DNA of 64,000 nucleotides from Deltaproteobacteria bacterium SG8_13 (GCA_001303025.1 LJNK01000013.1:12683-76682); one strand, 5' to 3'; positions 7,752 through 17,635 are shown, numbered from the stretch's first letter. Made by a program: numbers and translations. The notes: generated by a model not told the origin, from the sequence alone.

Positions 7752-8439
7752 ATGAACCAACAACCCGCAAAATCGTTGGAACAGCTGGTCAAGGCGCAAC
7801 TGGATAGATGGAAACAGCGCAGCTCCAAAAACGCTGCAGGGCCCTCCTCCCGCATTTCGGTAATTACCGTGAGCATGCAACCGGGAAGCGGTGGCAGCCT
7901 GGTTGCCGAAACACTGGCGAAAAGACTTGATTTCGATTACTTCCACAGAAAAATCATCAAGGAAATCGCCAGCAGCGTGAAAACGAGTGCAGCCGTTGTG
8001 GAGTCGGTGGAAAAGGAGCGGTTATCGGGTATCAGCGATTTCATTGCGCTGCTGGTCAAAAAGCATTACCTGTATCCCGATGATTATCTGATGCACCTGA
8101 TGGAGGTGATCAACTCGATTGCCGAGCACGGCAGGGCGGTGATCGTAGGCCGGGGTGCGAATTTTATTCTGCCGGCGGAAAAACGATTCAGCGTAAGGGT
8201 AGTTGCTGGATCAGCGGACCCGCAACATCGCCAGGGTCTTCAACTGTTCCCGGGATGAGGCCCGGCGCAGAATCGTGCAGAGGGAATCTCGCCGGTCCGC
8301 GTTCATCCGGCAGTTCTTTCATGCCGATATCAACGATCCGCTTTGCTACGACATGGTGTTGAATACCGGGACGGCAGACCTCCAAGTGGCCGTGGAAGCG
8401 GTGCTGGGTGCGATGTCGGTTTATCTGAAGAGGAAATAG
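7752..8439 (+). pseudogene. Cytidylate kinase-like family protein (paralog C) with an apparent frameshift near 8203-8210
   Basis: The N-terminal 2/3 is in frame 3 (ORF 7749..8258) and the C-terminal 1/3 is in frame 1 (ORF 8203..8439). Both parts are colinear with paralogs A and B: '...RFSVRVVA' joins 'LDQRTRNIARVF...RRR...YDMVLNTG'. Confidence 0.55.
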
Positions 8440-8509
8440 CCCTCAGCTTCGCCCTCCTGTATCTCCATCGTCTCCTGCCAGGCGCCGGTAAGCAATTGAA
8501 ACCGCCGTC

Positions 8510-9532
8510 TTAGTGGCGATCGACGACTTTTCGCTCCGATCTCACCAGTTTCGCGCGTTGTACCTTCTCGCTTTTGCCGCTCAGATAGGCCACCGCCGAC
8601 ATGCCGCTGCCGGCCGGTACGAACAGCGTGTGCTCCCCGGGCGGTATGTAATCCCGTAAAAACTGTGGATTCCGCTCCTTTATTTCCTTGAAATCGGTGC
8701 CGACAGCTGCTGCCAATTCCCCCAGATCCAAAGAGCCGTTCAATCGGATGTGAACGGCGTCGGTTCGGATGGGTCGGTAGAGCTCTTCCTTTGTTAGCGT
8801 GTAGCCGTACCTTTCGGAGTTTTCCATGATGATCTTGATGGCTGCAATGCGGAACAGGTATCGTTCGGTTTCGATCGGCAGGTTCAGACGAAAGTAATCG
8901 GAAGTGTTTTGTTCTTCGATGGCCTTGCGCAGCCGGGTTTCACCGCCGTTGTAGGCGGCCATGGCCAGCGACCATGAGCCGAATTTTTCGTACAACCGTT
9001 TCAGGTTTCGAATGGCTGCGTCGGTGGATCGTTCGAAATTCAACCGTTCATCGATGGCTCCGTTTCGACGCAGACCGTTGCTCCTTGCCGCCAGAACCAT
9101 AAACTGCCAGGGACCCCGGGCGCCTTTGTCCGACCGGCTGTAGGTGATCAGTGCACTTTCGGCTACCGCCAGGTACTTCAGGTCGTCCGGCATTCCCGCT
9201 GCGGCCAGTTTTTTGGATATGGTGTTGAAATAGCGCCCCGCCCGTTTTAGATACATGACCACCTGGGCGCGATCCCACAGGGTAATGTGGAACTCTCGAT
9301 CCAGCATTTCCCAGGTGTGGCGATCCTCCAGCGGAATCCGTTCTCCACAGAGCGTCAGTGTCTCGGGCAGAGTCCAATACTCCACCGGTGAGACGGTGAT
9401 CTCGGGCAGCGGTCTTTCCCGGCTTATTGCCGGGCTCGTGGCGCTGTGCATCAGGCCCAGGTAATGCGCCGTATAAACTCCGGCTGCAAATATCAGTAAG
9501 GCCGAAATCAGTTTTTGTATAGAATTGTCCAT
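8510..9532 (-). CDS. Lytic transglycosylase (SLT domain) with C-terminal LysM-like domain
   Basis: 'AESALITYSRSDKGARGPWQFM...AMAAYNGGETRL' is an SLT signature, with an N-terminal TM/signal anchor. The start was moved to ATG 9532 to avoid an overlap with the upstream gene. Confidence 0.75.
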   Translation of the reverse strand: MDNSIQKLISALLIFAAGVYTAHYLGLMHSATSPAISRERPLPEITVSPVEYWTLPETLTLCGERIPLEDRHTWEMLDREFHITLWDRAQVVMYLKRAGRYFNTISKKLAAAGMPDDLKYLAVAESALITYSRSDKGARGPWQFMVLAARSNGLRRNGAIDERLNFERSTDAAIRNLKRLYEKFGSWSLAMAAYNGGETRLRKAIEEQNTSDYFRLNLPIETERYLFRIAAIKIIMENSERYGYTLTKEELYRPIRTDAVHIRLNGSLDLGELAAAVGTDFKEIKERNPQFLRDYIPPGEHTLFVPAGSGMSAVAYLSGKSEKVQRAKLVRSERKVVDRH

Positions 9533-9542
9533 CGTTTCTCTG

Positions 9543-10244
9543 TTACGAGTGTGCGTCTGCCGCAGCCAGCAGGATTCGAGCATCTGCAACGATGCAGTCT
9601 GTTTCCGTGCACATGACCGGGTTCAGGTCGATCGATTCAACCCGATCGGCCATTGCCGACAGTAAGGTTGAAAACCGGATCAGCAGTTGCGCCAAGCGAT
9701 CCATGTTGACCGGTCTGGATCCCCGATAGCCCTCCAGCAGCTTGCCGCCTTTAAGGCCGGCTGGCATCGAGCGGGCATCGTTTTCCGACAAGGGGGCCAT
9801 CCGCACGGCAATGTCCTGGTAGATTTCAACCCCGGTACCACCGATGCCCAGTAAAACAATCGGGCCGAACTGGTAGTCGACTTTTCCGCCTACGATCAAT
9901 TCGATGCCGGCAACCATTGGTTCGACGATCACGCCGGCAAAACCGGGCAAAGAGCGGAATCTGGCCACCACGTCTGACAACTCGGCGGCATCGCTGACGC
10001 CAACCGCCACACCGCCTGCATCCGACTTGTGCAAGATGTCCGGCGATACCACCTTGACGGCGATTGGAAAGCCCGCCCTTTCGGCCGCCTGAAGGGCCTG
10101 GTCTTTGTCGTGGACCCAGACAAACCGCGGTACATCGATGCCGGCCAGCGACAACAGGCGCTTGGCCTCCGGCTCCAGGACCCAGCCCTGTTTCCGGGCG
10201 TCATCGAGAATGGCCTTCATTTCATCGGTCAACATACCGGGCAC
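9543..10244 (-). CDS. ADP-forming acetyl-CoA synthetase, beta (ATP-grasp) subunit
   Basis: 'FPIAVKVVSPDILHKSDAGGVAVGV' is an ATP-grasp motif typical of the acetate--CoA ligase (ADP-forming) family. It overlaps the alpha subunit gene. Confidence 0.75.
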   Translation of the reverse strand: MPGMLTDEMKAILDDARKQGWVLEPEAKRLLSLAGIDVPRFVWVHDKDQALQAAERAGFPIAVKVVSPDILHKSDAGGVAVGVSDAAELSDVVARFRSLPGFAGVIVEPMVAGIELIVGGKVDYQFGPIVLLGIGGTGVEIYQDIAVRMAPLSENDARSMPAGLKGGKLLEGYRGSRPVNMDRLAQLLIRFSTLLSAMADRVESIDLNPVMCTETDCIVADARILLAAADAHS

Positions 10245-11617
10245 CTTCGCAATGCTTCGGCCATCATGACCGCCCCTTCGATAGAGGCGGCTACCGGCAC
10301 ATTATTCAGTTCGAAGCCTTCAATCAGCATGCGGTATTTTTCCTGATGCGGAACGTATGCAACCAGGGGTTTGCCCTCTTGCTGATAGACATAGCTTAGC
10401 TGTGCTCCCAGATCCGAAGTAATGCCCGGAGAATACGGCAGCAGCAACATGATCACGCAATCAATTTCCGGTGTCTGGCTCAAAGCGCGTGCTGCAGCGA
10501 TAAAATCGTCATCCTTTGCGCTGCCAGTCAGGTCGATGGGGTTGGCCAGGGAGGCGATCGGTTGAACGCTCGGTGAGAGGTAATTGCGGATCTCTTTCTG
10601 CCAGTGCTCCGAAAGGCGGGGGACTTGCAGTCCGTGCTCGGCACAGGCATCAGTTGACAGAACCCCATGCCCGCCACTGACCGTGATGATGCCGATCTTG
10701 CCCGTGATCGATTTTTGATAGCAGCTCAGCGACTCACAAAAGGATACCATCTCGTATTCGTTGCGGGCTTCTATAATGCCGTGCTGGGCTGCAATTTCGG
10801 AAAATACCCGATAGTCTCCGGCCAGAGAGGCGGTATGGCTGCTGGCCGCCCGGCTGCCCTCGGCAGTCTTGCCGGCCTTCAGAACAACGATCGGCTTGGA
10901 AATTTCTGTGGCTGCTTGAACGAAGCGTCGCCCCTCATTTTTTTCGAAACCCTCGATGTAAAAGGCGATTACGCGGGTATCGCTTTCTGCGGCCAGGTAG
11001 GTCAGCAGGTCGATTTCCCTTATCTGGGCCTTGTTTCCGATGCTCACTGCCAGAGACAATCCCACTCCTTGTTCGGCAAACTTGACCAGTTGATCCACCA
11101 GCACTCCCCCGCTCTGGCTGACGATGGCAACATTGCCGGGATCCGGTCGAATGAGCCTTTCACCGGGAAGAAAAAAGGTGTCAAAACGGTTGGGCACGTA
11201 AATCCCCAGGCAATTTGGGCCGATAAAAGGGAAACGGGAAGCACCGGCCAGTTCCACCAGTCGGTTTTGCAGATCCGGGCGACCGCTTTCTGCAAACCCC
11301 CCCGATATGATGGTCGCCCCCCCCACCTTGCTGCGGATGCAGCTTTCAAGGATCCCGGGGACGTGTTCGGCTCGAACCGCAATGACCGCCAGGTCGATTT
11401 TCACCGGAATTTCGGATATATCACGGTGGACTTTGTCGTGATGAAGCATGCCTCCGTGGGGGTTCACCGGATACACCTTGACCGGATATCTCAGGTGCAG
11501 CTTGTTATAAATGACATTGGCTGGATGTCGGTCGTTGGACAGTGAAACACCGACAACGGCAACCGTCTGTGGATTGAAAAGCGGTGCGTAATTCAAAACC
11601 ACCTCTATCTTCTGCAA
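10229..11617 (-). CDS. ADP-forming acetyl-CoA synthetase, alpha (CoA-binding / ligase-CoA) subunit
   Basis: It has an N-terminal CoA-binding motif, 'PQTVAVVGVS...YPVNP', and succinyl-CoA-synthetase-like 'GPNCLG' and 'VSQSGG' motifs. Confidence 0.8.
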   Translation of the reverse strand: MQKIEVVLNYAPLFNPQTVAVVGVSLSNDRHPANVIYNKLHLRYPVKVYPVNPHGGMLHHDKVHRDISEIPVKIDLAVIAVRAEHVPGILESCIRSKVGGATIISGGFAESGRPDLQNRLVELAGASRFPFIGPNCLGIYVPNRFDTFFLPGERLIRPDPGNVAIVSQSGGVLVDQLVKFAEQGVGLSLAVSIGNKAQIREIDLLTYLAAESDTRVIAFYIEGFEKNEGRRFVQAATEISKPIVVLKAGKTAEGSRAASSHTASLAGDYRVFSEIAAQHGIIEARNEYEMVSFCESLSCYQKSITGKIGIITVSGGHGVLSTDACAEHGLQVPRLSEHWQKEIRNYLSPSVQPIASLANPIDLTGSAKDDDFIAAARALSQTPEIDCVIMLLLPYSPGITSDLGAQLSYVYQQEGKPLVAYVPHQEKYRMLIEGFELNNVPVAASIEGAVMMAEALRRCPVC

Positions 11618-11722
11618 CGGGGAGCATCGAAACTTGCGAGCACGGTTGGAACTGTTATTAGAGAACTTATAATTTCAGATAGTTATCGCCAAAGTGCCCA
11701 TTGCGGCATCTGTCGGCAACCG

Positions 11723-11752
11723 TTTCCGGATCCGCTATGGCTTTCCGGATCC
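11723..11752. repeat. Direct repeat TTTCCGGATCC x2 (19-bp period) in a divergent intergenic region
   Basis: Exact 11-mers lie at 11723-11733 and 11742-11752. Each contains the TCCGGA and GGATCC palindromes. Confidence 0.9.
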
Positions 11753-11971
11753 TTCTACGAACCGGCATATACAACCCTGCTAATTGTAAAATAGCCGTCG
11801 ATAGTTGTCAAACTTGAGACGGTCCGGTTCCCCCGGTTTTGACTTTGTCGGAAAAATGGTTATCCAGTTATCTTACAGGCAGTTGATTTGCAGCCAGTCG
11901 CATCCGCGACACAAAAGGCGCAGCTGCCGAGCATAGGCTCTATTCAATGTTAACGTCATCAGGTGATAATC

Positions 11972-13087
11972 ATGAAAACCAATACAAAGCGTTTATGGAT
12001 ATTGTTTTTCATTTGTTCGATGATACTTCTTCCCTCTACCCACGCAATGACAGCGAGCAACACGATGAACAAGGAAAACAACAAGCTGGATAAAGCCACC
12101 TTCGCGGGGGGCTGCTTCTGGTGCACTGAATCTGATTTCGAGAAAGTCGAAGGGGTTGTCGAAGCCATTTCCGGCTACATCGGCGGCAGCAAACCGGATC
12201 CGACCTACCAGGAAGTGTCCGCCGGCGGGACCGGGCATGCCGAAGCGGTGCAGGTGGTCTACGACCCTTCAAAGATCACCTACCGCCAACTTCTCGACGT
12301 GTTCTGGCGGAATGTCGACCCCACCGATCCCGGCGGTCAGTTCGTTGATCGTGGAAGTCAGTACCGAAGCGCCATTTTTTACCATAACGATAATCAGAAG
12401 CGGGAGGCGGAGGCCTCCAAGGAGGAGTTGGGACGCAGCGGCCGATTCGACAAGCCCATCGTGACGGAGATCGTGGAGGCCACCAAATTCTATCCTGCGG
12501 AAGATTACCATCAGGATTACTACCGCAATCATCCCCTGCGCTACCGGTATTACCGGTATGGATCCGGTAGAGATCAGTTTCTCAACAGCACCTGGGAAGA
12601 GCCGGAGACGGCCGTCATGAAATCTGCGGCTGACAAGACCTACAGCCGGCCGGCGGATGAGGTGTTGCAGAAAAAACTGACCCCGCTGCAATATCGGGTG
12701 ACACAGCAGGACGGAACCGAGCCGCCTTTTCAGAATGAATTCTGGGACAACAAGAAAGAAGGAATATACGTGGACGTTGTTTCCGGTGAGCCGCTATTCA
12801 GTTCCACCGACAAGTTCGAGTCGGGAACCGGCTGGCCCAGTTTTACACGACCGCTGGAAAAGGGGCACATTGTGGAAAAGACCGATCGCAGTTTTCTAAT
12901 GGTGCGGACCGAAGTGCGCAGTCGGTATGCGGATTCTCACCTCGGGCACGTGTTCCCGGACGGGCCGCCGCCCATGGGACTGCGATACTGCATAAATTCG
13001 GCCTCTTTGCGATTCGTGCCCAGGGAAGAGCTCGAAGACAGCGGTTACGGCGAGTATCGCCGGTTGTTTGAGGTGACGGCCAATTGA
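11972..13087 (+). CDS. msrAB: Bifunctional methionine sulfoxide reductase MsrA/MsrB, secreted
   Basis: It has a signal peptide, the MsrA motif 'GGCFWCTE' and the MsrB motif '[13 protein letters not shown]'. Confidence 0.9.
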   Translation: MKTNTKRLWILFFICSMILLPSTHAMTASNTMNKENNKLDKATFAGGCFWCTESDFEKVEGVVEAISGYIGGSKPDPTYQEVSAGGTGHAEAVQVVYDPSKITYRQLLDVFWRNVDPTDPGGQFVDRGSQYRSAIFYHNDNQKREAEASKEELGRSGRFDKPIVTEIVEATKFYPAEDYHQDYYRNHPLRYRYYRYGSGRDQFLNSTWEEPETAVMKSAADKTYSRPADEVLQKKLTPLQYRVTQQDGTEPPFQNEFWDNKKEGIYVDVVSGEPLFSSTDKFESGTGWPSFTRPLEKGHIVEKTDRSFLMVRTEVRSRYADSHLGHVFPDGPPPMGLRYCINSASLRFVPREELEDSGYGEYRRLFEVTAN

Positions 13088-13240
13088 TGTCCGGTTGTGC
13101 AGCAAAGCGGGTATTGCGGTCCGGGGATATCCCAGACCTCTTTTCAGCCGGGTTAGACCTTGGTGCAATTGCGGGGGCTTGCGGCTGCACGTGATGAACC
13201 GGTCCGGAAATGAGCAGGAGAACAGACAGGGAGGCGCGGT

Positions 13241-13822
13241 GTGACTAAATGGGTGTTCGGCTGGTTGCTGGCATTGGTGGTGGTGTGTACAGCGGTTCAG
13301 GGTGCGGAAAAAAGTGCGCTGCATCCCCGGGTGGAATTGAAGACATCGATGGGGGTTATCGTTTTAGAACTTTATCCGGATCGGGCGCCGCAGACCACCG
13401 CCAACTTTCTGGCTTACGTTGATGCCGGTTTTTATGATGGGACCATCTTCCACCGTGTTATCCCCGGATTCATGATTCAGGGCGGCGGATTTACGGCTGA
13501 GATGAAGCAACAGCCCACCCGGCCGCCGGTTCCAAACGAGGCCGACAATCGCATCAAAAACGAACGCGGAACGGTGGCCATGGCCCGCACACCGGACCCG
13601 CACAGCGCTACCGCTCAGTTTTTCATCAACACGGTGGACAACGACTTTCTGAATTTCAGGGGCAAAGATCCTCGGGGTTGGGGGTATGCGGTGTTCGGGC
13701 GGGTTGTCCGGGGGATGGAGACCGTTGACGCGATTTCCGGGGTAAAGACCGGTGTATCCAAAGGTCATCGCGATGTGCCGCTCCAGCCGGTGGCGATTAT
13801 TAAGGCAATTCGTTTGAAGTAA
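13241..13822 (+). CDS. Cyclophilin-type peptidyl-prolyl cis-trans isomerase, periplasmic
   Basis: '[15 protein letters not shown]...GTVAMAR...SATAQFFIN' is a cyclophilin signature. The protein has a signal peptide, and the GTG start follows the RBS AGGGAGG. Confidence 0.9.
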   Translation: MTKWVFGWLLALVVVCTAVQGAEKSALHPRVELKTSMGVIVLELYPDRAPQTTANFLAYVDAGFYDGTIFHRVIPGFMIQGGGFTAEMKQQPTRPPVPNEADNRIKNERGTVAMARTPDPHSATAQFFINTVDNDFLNFRGKDPRGWGYAVFGRVVRGMETVDAISGVKTGVSKGHRDVPLQPVAIIKAIRLK

Positions 13823-13852
13823 AACCCTTCCCGAAATGACTCTCCGTATCCG

Positions 13853-15601
13853 TCACGCCTCAACTGCGGCTTCATCGAGCTGCAGGTGCAGATTCAACGG
13901 ATCCGGGAATTCCGGCTGTTTCCAGACGCAGGCGGTTTCGAAGCCCCGATCTGCTGCCAGCTGCGGCGGCCGACAATTGTCCGCACTTTCGCCCGCCATC
14001 CAGTTCCGCAAGCATTGCAGGTTCCGGAGAACCACGTGGTGAGGGTAACACCGGACGGCCGCTTCCAGAGAAGCCCGCGCCGCCTTATAATCTCCGCGCA
14101 AGGCCGCAATGCAGGCCCGGTGGTTGTTGACCAGCCCTGGAAGAAAATATCCCATATCGACAGCCTGCTGCAACTGCTGCTCGGCCAGATCCGGCTTTTT
14201 TTCCCGCAGGTATGCGGCACACAGATCCATATGCAGGAAATGTTGCGGGGGAAGTCGTTCCATCGCACTGGCACAGTCAGCGGCACTGTAGTCCCAATAG
14301 TTCTGCGTACCTTCCAGCTTCTTGATCTGCGCGGTGATCTCCGACGCATCCTTGCGGGATCCGGCAAAGCATGTCAGGCAGAGAAAGTCCTGGTCGAAGA
14401 AAAGGTCTTTTGAAACCGTCCCGGACTGTTCGAACAAACCAAATTCCTCTGTGCCGGGATATAGATGCAGCTGGGAGAACACAAACTGGTTCGGTTTTGC
14501 CGTCTCGATGAAATCCATGCTTTGTTGAAAAGTTTTTAGTGTCTCCCCCCGGTTGCCGGCCATCATGTAGAAGCGCACCTGAAGGCCGAACTTCTTGGCC
14601 GCCCTTGTGGCCTGGAGAACCTGATCGGGAGTGACGCGCTTGCGGACGTTTTGCAGGATCCTCTCGGAGGCCGATTCCACTCCCAAACTGATCCGTTTGC
14701 AGCCGGCTGCCCGCATGGCGCAAAGCATCTCCTCATCGAGGCAATCGGCCCGTGTCTCGCAGCTCCACATGAAATCAAGCTTGCGGCTGCGGATACCCTC
14801 GCAGATGGCCAGTACCCGTTGCGGGTTTATGGTAAACGTGTCGTCCTTGATGGAAATGATTCGCTGGCCGTATTCGTCGATACAAGTTTCGATCATGTCG
14901 AGCACGTATTCTACGGAATGCTGCCGCAGCCGCCGGCCCCACATCAGGTTGCTGCAGCAGTAGGTGCAGCTCATCGGGCATCCGCGTGAGGTCAACAGCG
15001 TGCGCAGCCGAAAGAAATCGGTGGGTGGAGCCAGGGTGTCCAGGTTTTCGATGAATGCAGCCGGCGGGTGCAAACGGCAGCCGCCGGAAGTCCGCCACGC
15101 CAGCCCCGGCATGTCTTCCACCAACCCGCGGTGTTCAAGGCGCTGGAGAATTTGAAGGAAGGGCTGCTCTCCTTCTCCGATGACGATGGTGTTGATTGCA
15201 TCGCAGTGCGCCAGGGTTTCCAGCGGCAGGGCCGATACATGAGGACCGCCGACGGTGATGTGGGCATCGGGATGAAAGCTGCGGAAAAGTTCCGCGGTCA
15301 TGGCGGCGCCGCGTCGATTGGCGGTCAGGCAGGATAATCCGTAAAGGTCGGCATTCAAGTGTGCAGCCAGCAACTCTACGGCAGGCCAGGGAAAGTTGGA
15401 AATGTTGAGAACGGTTACATTGTGACCGGCCTGGATTGCCTGAGCAGCCAGAGAAAGCAGGCCGTAGGGGGCCTGTATCAAATCGCTGCCCAGCAGTGCA
15501 TCCGGGTCGACTCCTTCCGGAGCCCCTTCTCCCGAGGGGTACGGGGGGTGGCCGGATAACGGGATTTTCCATGGTGGCGGGTACAAAAGGACGATGCGCA
15601 T
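13853..15601 (-). CDS. Class-B (B12-binding) radical SAM protein with C-terminal TPR-like region
   Basis: It has an N-terminal B12-binding-like domain, a radical SAM cluster motif 'SRGCPMSCTYCCS', and C-terminal TPR-like helices. Confidence 0.8.
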   Translation of the reverse strand: MRIVLLYPPPWKIPLSGHPPYPSGEGAPEGVDPDALLGSDLIQAPYGLLSLAAQAIQAGHNVTVLNISNFPWPAVELLAAHLNADLYGLSCLTANRRGAAMTAELFRSFHPDAHITVGGPHVSALPLETLAHCDAINTIVIGEGEQPFLQILQRLEHRGLVEDMPGLAWRTSGGCRLHPPAAFIENLDTLAPPTDFFRLRTLLTSRGCPMSCTYCCSNLMWGRRLRQHSVEYVLDMIETCIDEYGQRIISIKDDTFTINPQRVLAICEGIRSRKLDFMWSCETRADCLDEEMLCAMRAAGCKRISLGVESASERILQNVRKRVTPDQVLQATRAAKKFGLQVRFYMMAGNRGETLKTFQQSMDFIETAKPNQFVFSQLHLYPGTEEFGLFEQSGTVSKDLFFDQDFLCLTCFAGSRKDASEITAQIKKLEGTQNYWDYSAADCASAMERLPPQHFLHMDLCAAYLREKKPDLAEQQLQQAVDMGYFLPGLVNNHRACIAALRGDYKAARASLEAAVRCYPHHVVLRNLQCLRNWMAGESADNCRPPQLAADRGFETACVWKQPEFPDPLNLHLQLDEAAVEA

Positions 15602-15834
15602 CGCCTCATCTCTCCATCCGATCCCGTCAACAGGTAAAAGGTAAAAAGCGCAGTGAAGCGCTGAAGGTCAAGGCCAGGGCAGCGTAGGCAAGCTCTAAGG
15701 AGCAGCGGTCAGGGGAGGACGAAACCGCGCATGCACAACAGATCAGAAAAAGAAACCACCGCGGTTGGGACCGGTGAGCAGTATAAGTTATGAACCTGGT
15801 GTTGTCAAAACGAATCGACCTTGCCCGGGGCTTT

Positions 15835-16125
15835 TCACTGGACGGTCTTGTTTTCCCAGCCTACCGAAATCCGCTCGAAATAGTTTTCGATGGTATCGAA
15901 AACCAGATACTGCTCAACGCTGTCCCAGGCGACAGCTGTCCGAACCCCGGTCGCCCAATCGTTGGCGGTTGTGCCTTCTGCAAAAACCCCCACGATGAAC
16001 ATCCTGCCGGCCTGATCTTCTAACGAGGCGTTTTGCAGGACGACGTTATGATCATCGGGCCGGTTAAACAGGTAGAGAAGAATAATTTTGTCTTGAAATT
16101 CCGGGTAGTTCATTTGATTTCTCAT
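15835..16125 (-). CDS. Hypothetical protein (96 aa)
   Basis: Only the C-terminal 96 codons of ORF 15835..16443 look protein-like ('MRNQMNYPEFQDKIILLYLF...'). I recognise no family for it. Confidence 0.4.
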   Translation of the reverse strand: MRNQMNYPEFQDKIILLYLFNRPDDHNVVLQNASLEDQAGRMFIVGVFAEGTTANDWATGVRTAVAWDSVEQYLVFDTIENYFERISVGWENKTVQ

Positions 16126-16459
16126 CGATATTTCGTTTGTTATGCCGGTGCCGGTTTTACCGGCACTTGGGCATGGCCGCATCTTCTTCGTGCCGCGAGG
16201 TGTCTCCCTGGTCCTATCGTTTGCGGCTGTGCCTGCATGTAAGCTGTGGCCGGGCGGCATACCGGTGAGCCGTTTTCTTGATAGATACAACAGTTTATCT
16301 TCAACGTCCACGAAAAACCCTGAGATCATGGTGTCTATCAAAAAGTCGACGCAAACGGGATGTTGCCTGAACGGGAAAAATCGAATACGATCCGACAACA
16401 TAGGACAAATTGGCCTGAGCGGAAAAAAGGCGAAGAGACACACAAGAAAGGATGTTGGG

Positions 16460-16936
16460 ATGAAACAGAAAGCATTTCAGGATTTCTATCCGGATCAGTT
16501 GAGTCATTGTTACGGATGCGGGCGGCTGAATCCCAGGGGCTTGCATTTTAAAAGTTACTGGGACGGGGACGAAAGCGTGTGCGAGTATACGCCGAAGTCC
16601 TATCACACAGCTTTTCCGGGCTGCGTCTACGGCGGCCTGATCGCTTCGCTGATCGATTGCCACGGCACCGGCACCGCATCTGCTGCCGCTTACCGGGCTG
16701 AAGGCCGGAAGATGGACACCTCTCCGCCCCTGCGGTTTGTGACCGGATCCCTGCACGTCGAATTCCTAAAGCCGACACCCATCGATACGACACTGGTGGT
16801 AAGATCCAGGGTCAAAGAGATCAAGGGTCGCAAGGTGGTGGTGACATCGGAGCTGCACGCCGGAGGCCAGGTCTGCGTCCGGGGGGAAGTGGTGGCCATC
16901 CAGGTGCCGGAGGAACAGCTGGACCAGCTGCTCTAG
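16460..16936 (+). CDS. PaaI-family (hotdog fold) thioesterase with N-terminal Cys motif
   Basis: 'HCYGCGRLNPRGL...GCVYGGLIASLIDCHG' is a hotdog-fold signature. The start was moved to ATG 16460, because the upstream part of the track ORF is not protein-like. Confidence 0.75.
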   Translation: MKQKAFQDFYPDQLSHCYGCGRLNPRGLHFKSYWDGDESVCEYTPKSYHTAFPGCVYGGLIASLIDCHGTGTASAAAYRAEGRKMDTSPPLRFVTGSLHVEFLKPTPIDTTLVVRSRVKEIKGRKVVVTSELHAGGQVCVRGEVVAIQVPEEQLDQLL

Positions 16937-17125
16937 CGTCAAGCCGTCTTTGGATGGCCTTGCGCTGTGGGAGAACCAAGCTGCCGTTCGAGGACAAAAC
17001 GTGACAATGAAGCATTTTCATAAACCAGGGTCGAAAAAGAGTGTTGCAGTTTCCCGGCCGGGATATTACCTTCAGAAACCGTTACGAATGTTCCGGTGAT
17101 TCGAAAAATTTTTATGGAGGCGGAC

Positions 17126-17635
17126 ATGACCCTTGAAGAGGCCATTAAGACAGCCCTGGATTATGAGGGCAGGATTCGGGATATCTATCTAGAGAGCGTT
17201 GCGGCAACCGACGATCCTGCCGGGAAAAAGATCTTTCAGCAATTGGCCGACGACGAGCAGCGCCATGTCGACTACCTGCAGCAGAAGCTCGGGCAGTGGC
17301 GCAGCACCGGTCGAATAACGGTTGAAACCCTCGAGTCCGCCATCCCTTCCGCCAGCCGCATTCGCAGGGAGGCTGACAAAATTAAGTCCCGGGTGGAAGG
17401 CGATCACCGTGGCCTCAGACAGCAGATGCTCAGCAAGGCCTTACAGGCGGAGATAGAAACCAGCGATTTTTACCGGCGAATGGTGCAGCAGCTTGCAGAC
17501 GACGCAAGGCAGATGTTCAGTCGTTTTTTGGAAATCGAGAACAACCACATCGAGGCCGTGCAATTTGAGCTCGATCACGTTGGTCGCACTGGCTACTGGT
17601 TTGGATTCGAGGAATTCGATATGGAAGCGGGCTAG
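17126..17635 (+). CDS. Ferritin-like / rubrerythrin-family protein (no rubredoxin domain)
   Basis: Di-iron-type 'E...EQRH' helices are present ('LADDEQRHVDYL', 'LEIENNHIEAV'). The RBS GGAGG lies 6 nt before ATG 17126. Confidence 0.65.
   Translation: MTLEEAIKTALDYEGRIRDIYLESVAATDDPAGKKIFQQLADDEQRHVDYLQQKLGQWRSTGRITVETLESAIPSASRIRREADKIKSRVEGDHRGLRQQMLSKALQAEIETSDFYRRMVQQLADDARQMFSRFLEIENNHIEAVQFELDHVGRTGYWFGFEEFDMEAG

Noticed and set aside
10667-11545. Other long shadow ORFs of the same kind as this 292-aa example: 22754..23581, 29410..30234, 32264..32965, 34990..35838, 42843..43655, 49750..51123, 53793..54470, 55075..55653, 56003..56566, 60516..61211 and 61063..61773.
   Set aside because: Each lies opposite to, or out of frame with, a CDS that has strong family signatures. 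Their translations are compositionally biased and motif-free.
16142-16459. N-terminal extensions in the ORF track, here and at 2248-2415, 30953-31174, 31181-31468, 48469-48645, 53553-53702, 53574-53930, 54181-54378, 55066-55215 and 59913-60152.
   Set aside because: The extensions lack protein-like sequence. They often overlap neighbouring genes or promoters, and internal ATG/GTG/TTG starts with good RBSs coincide with the beginning of the homologous region.
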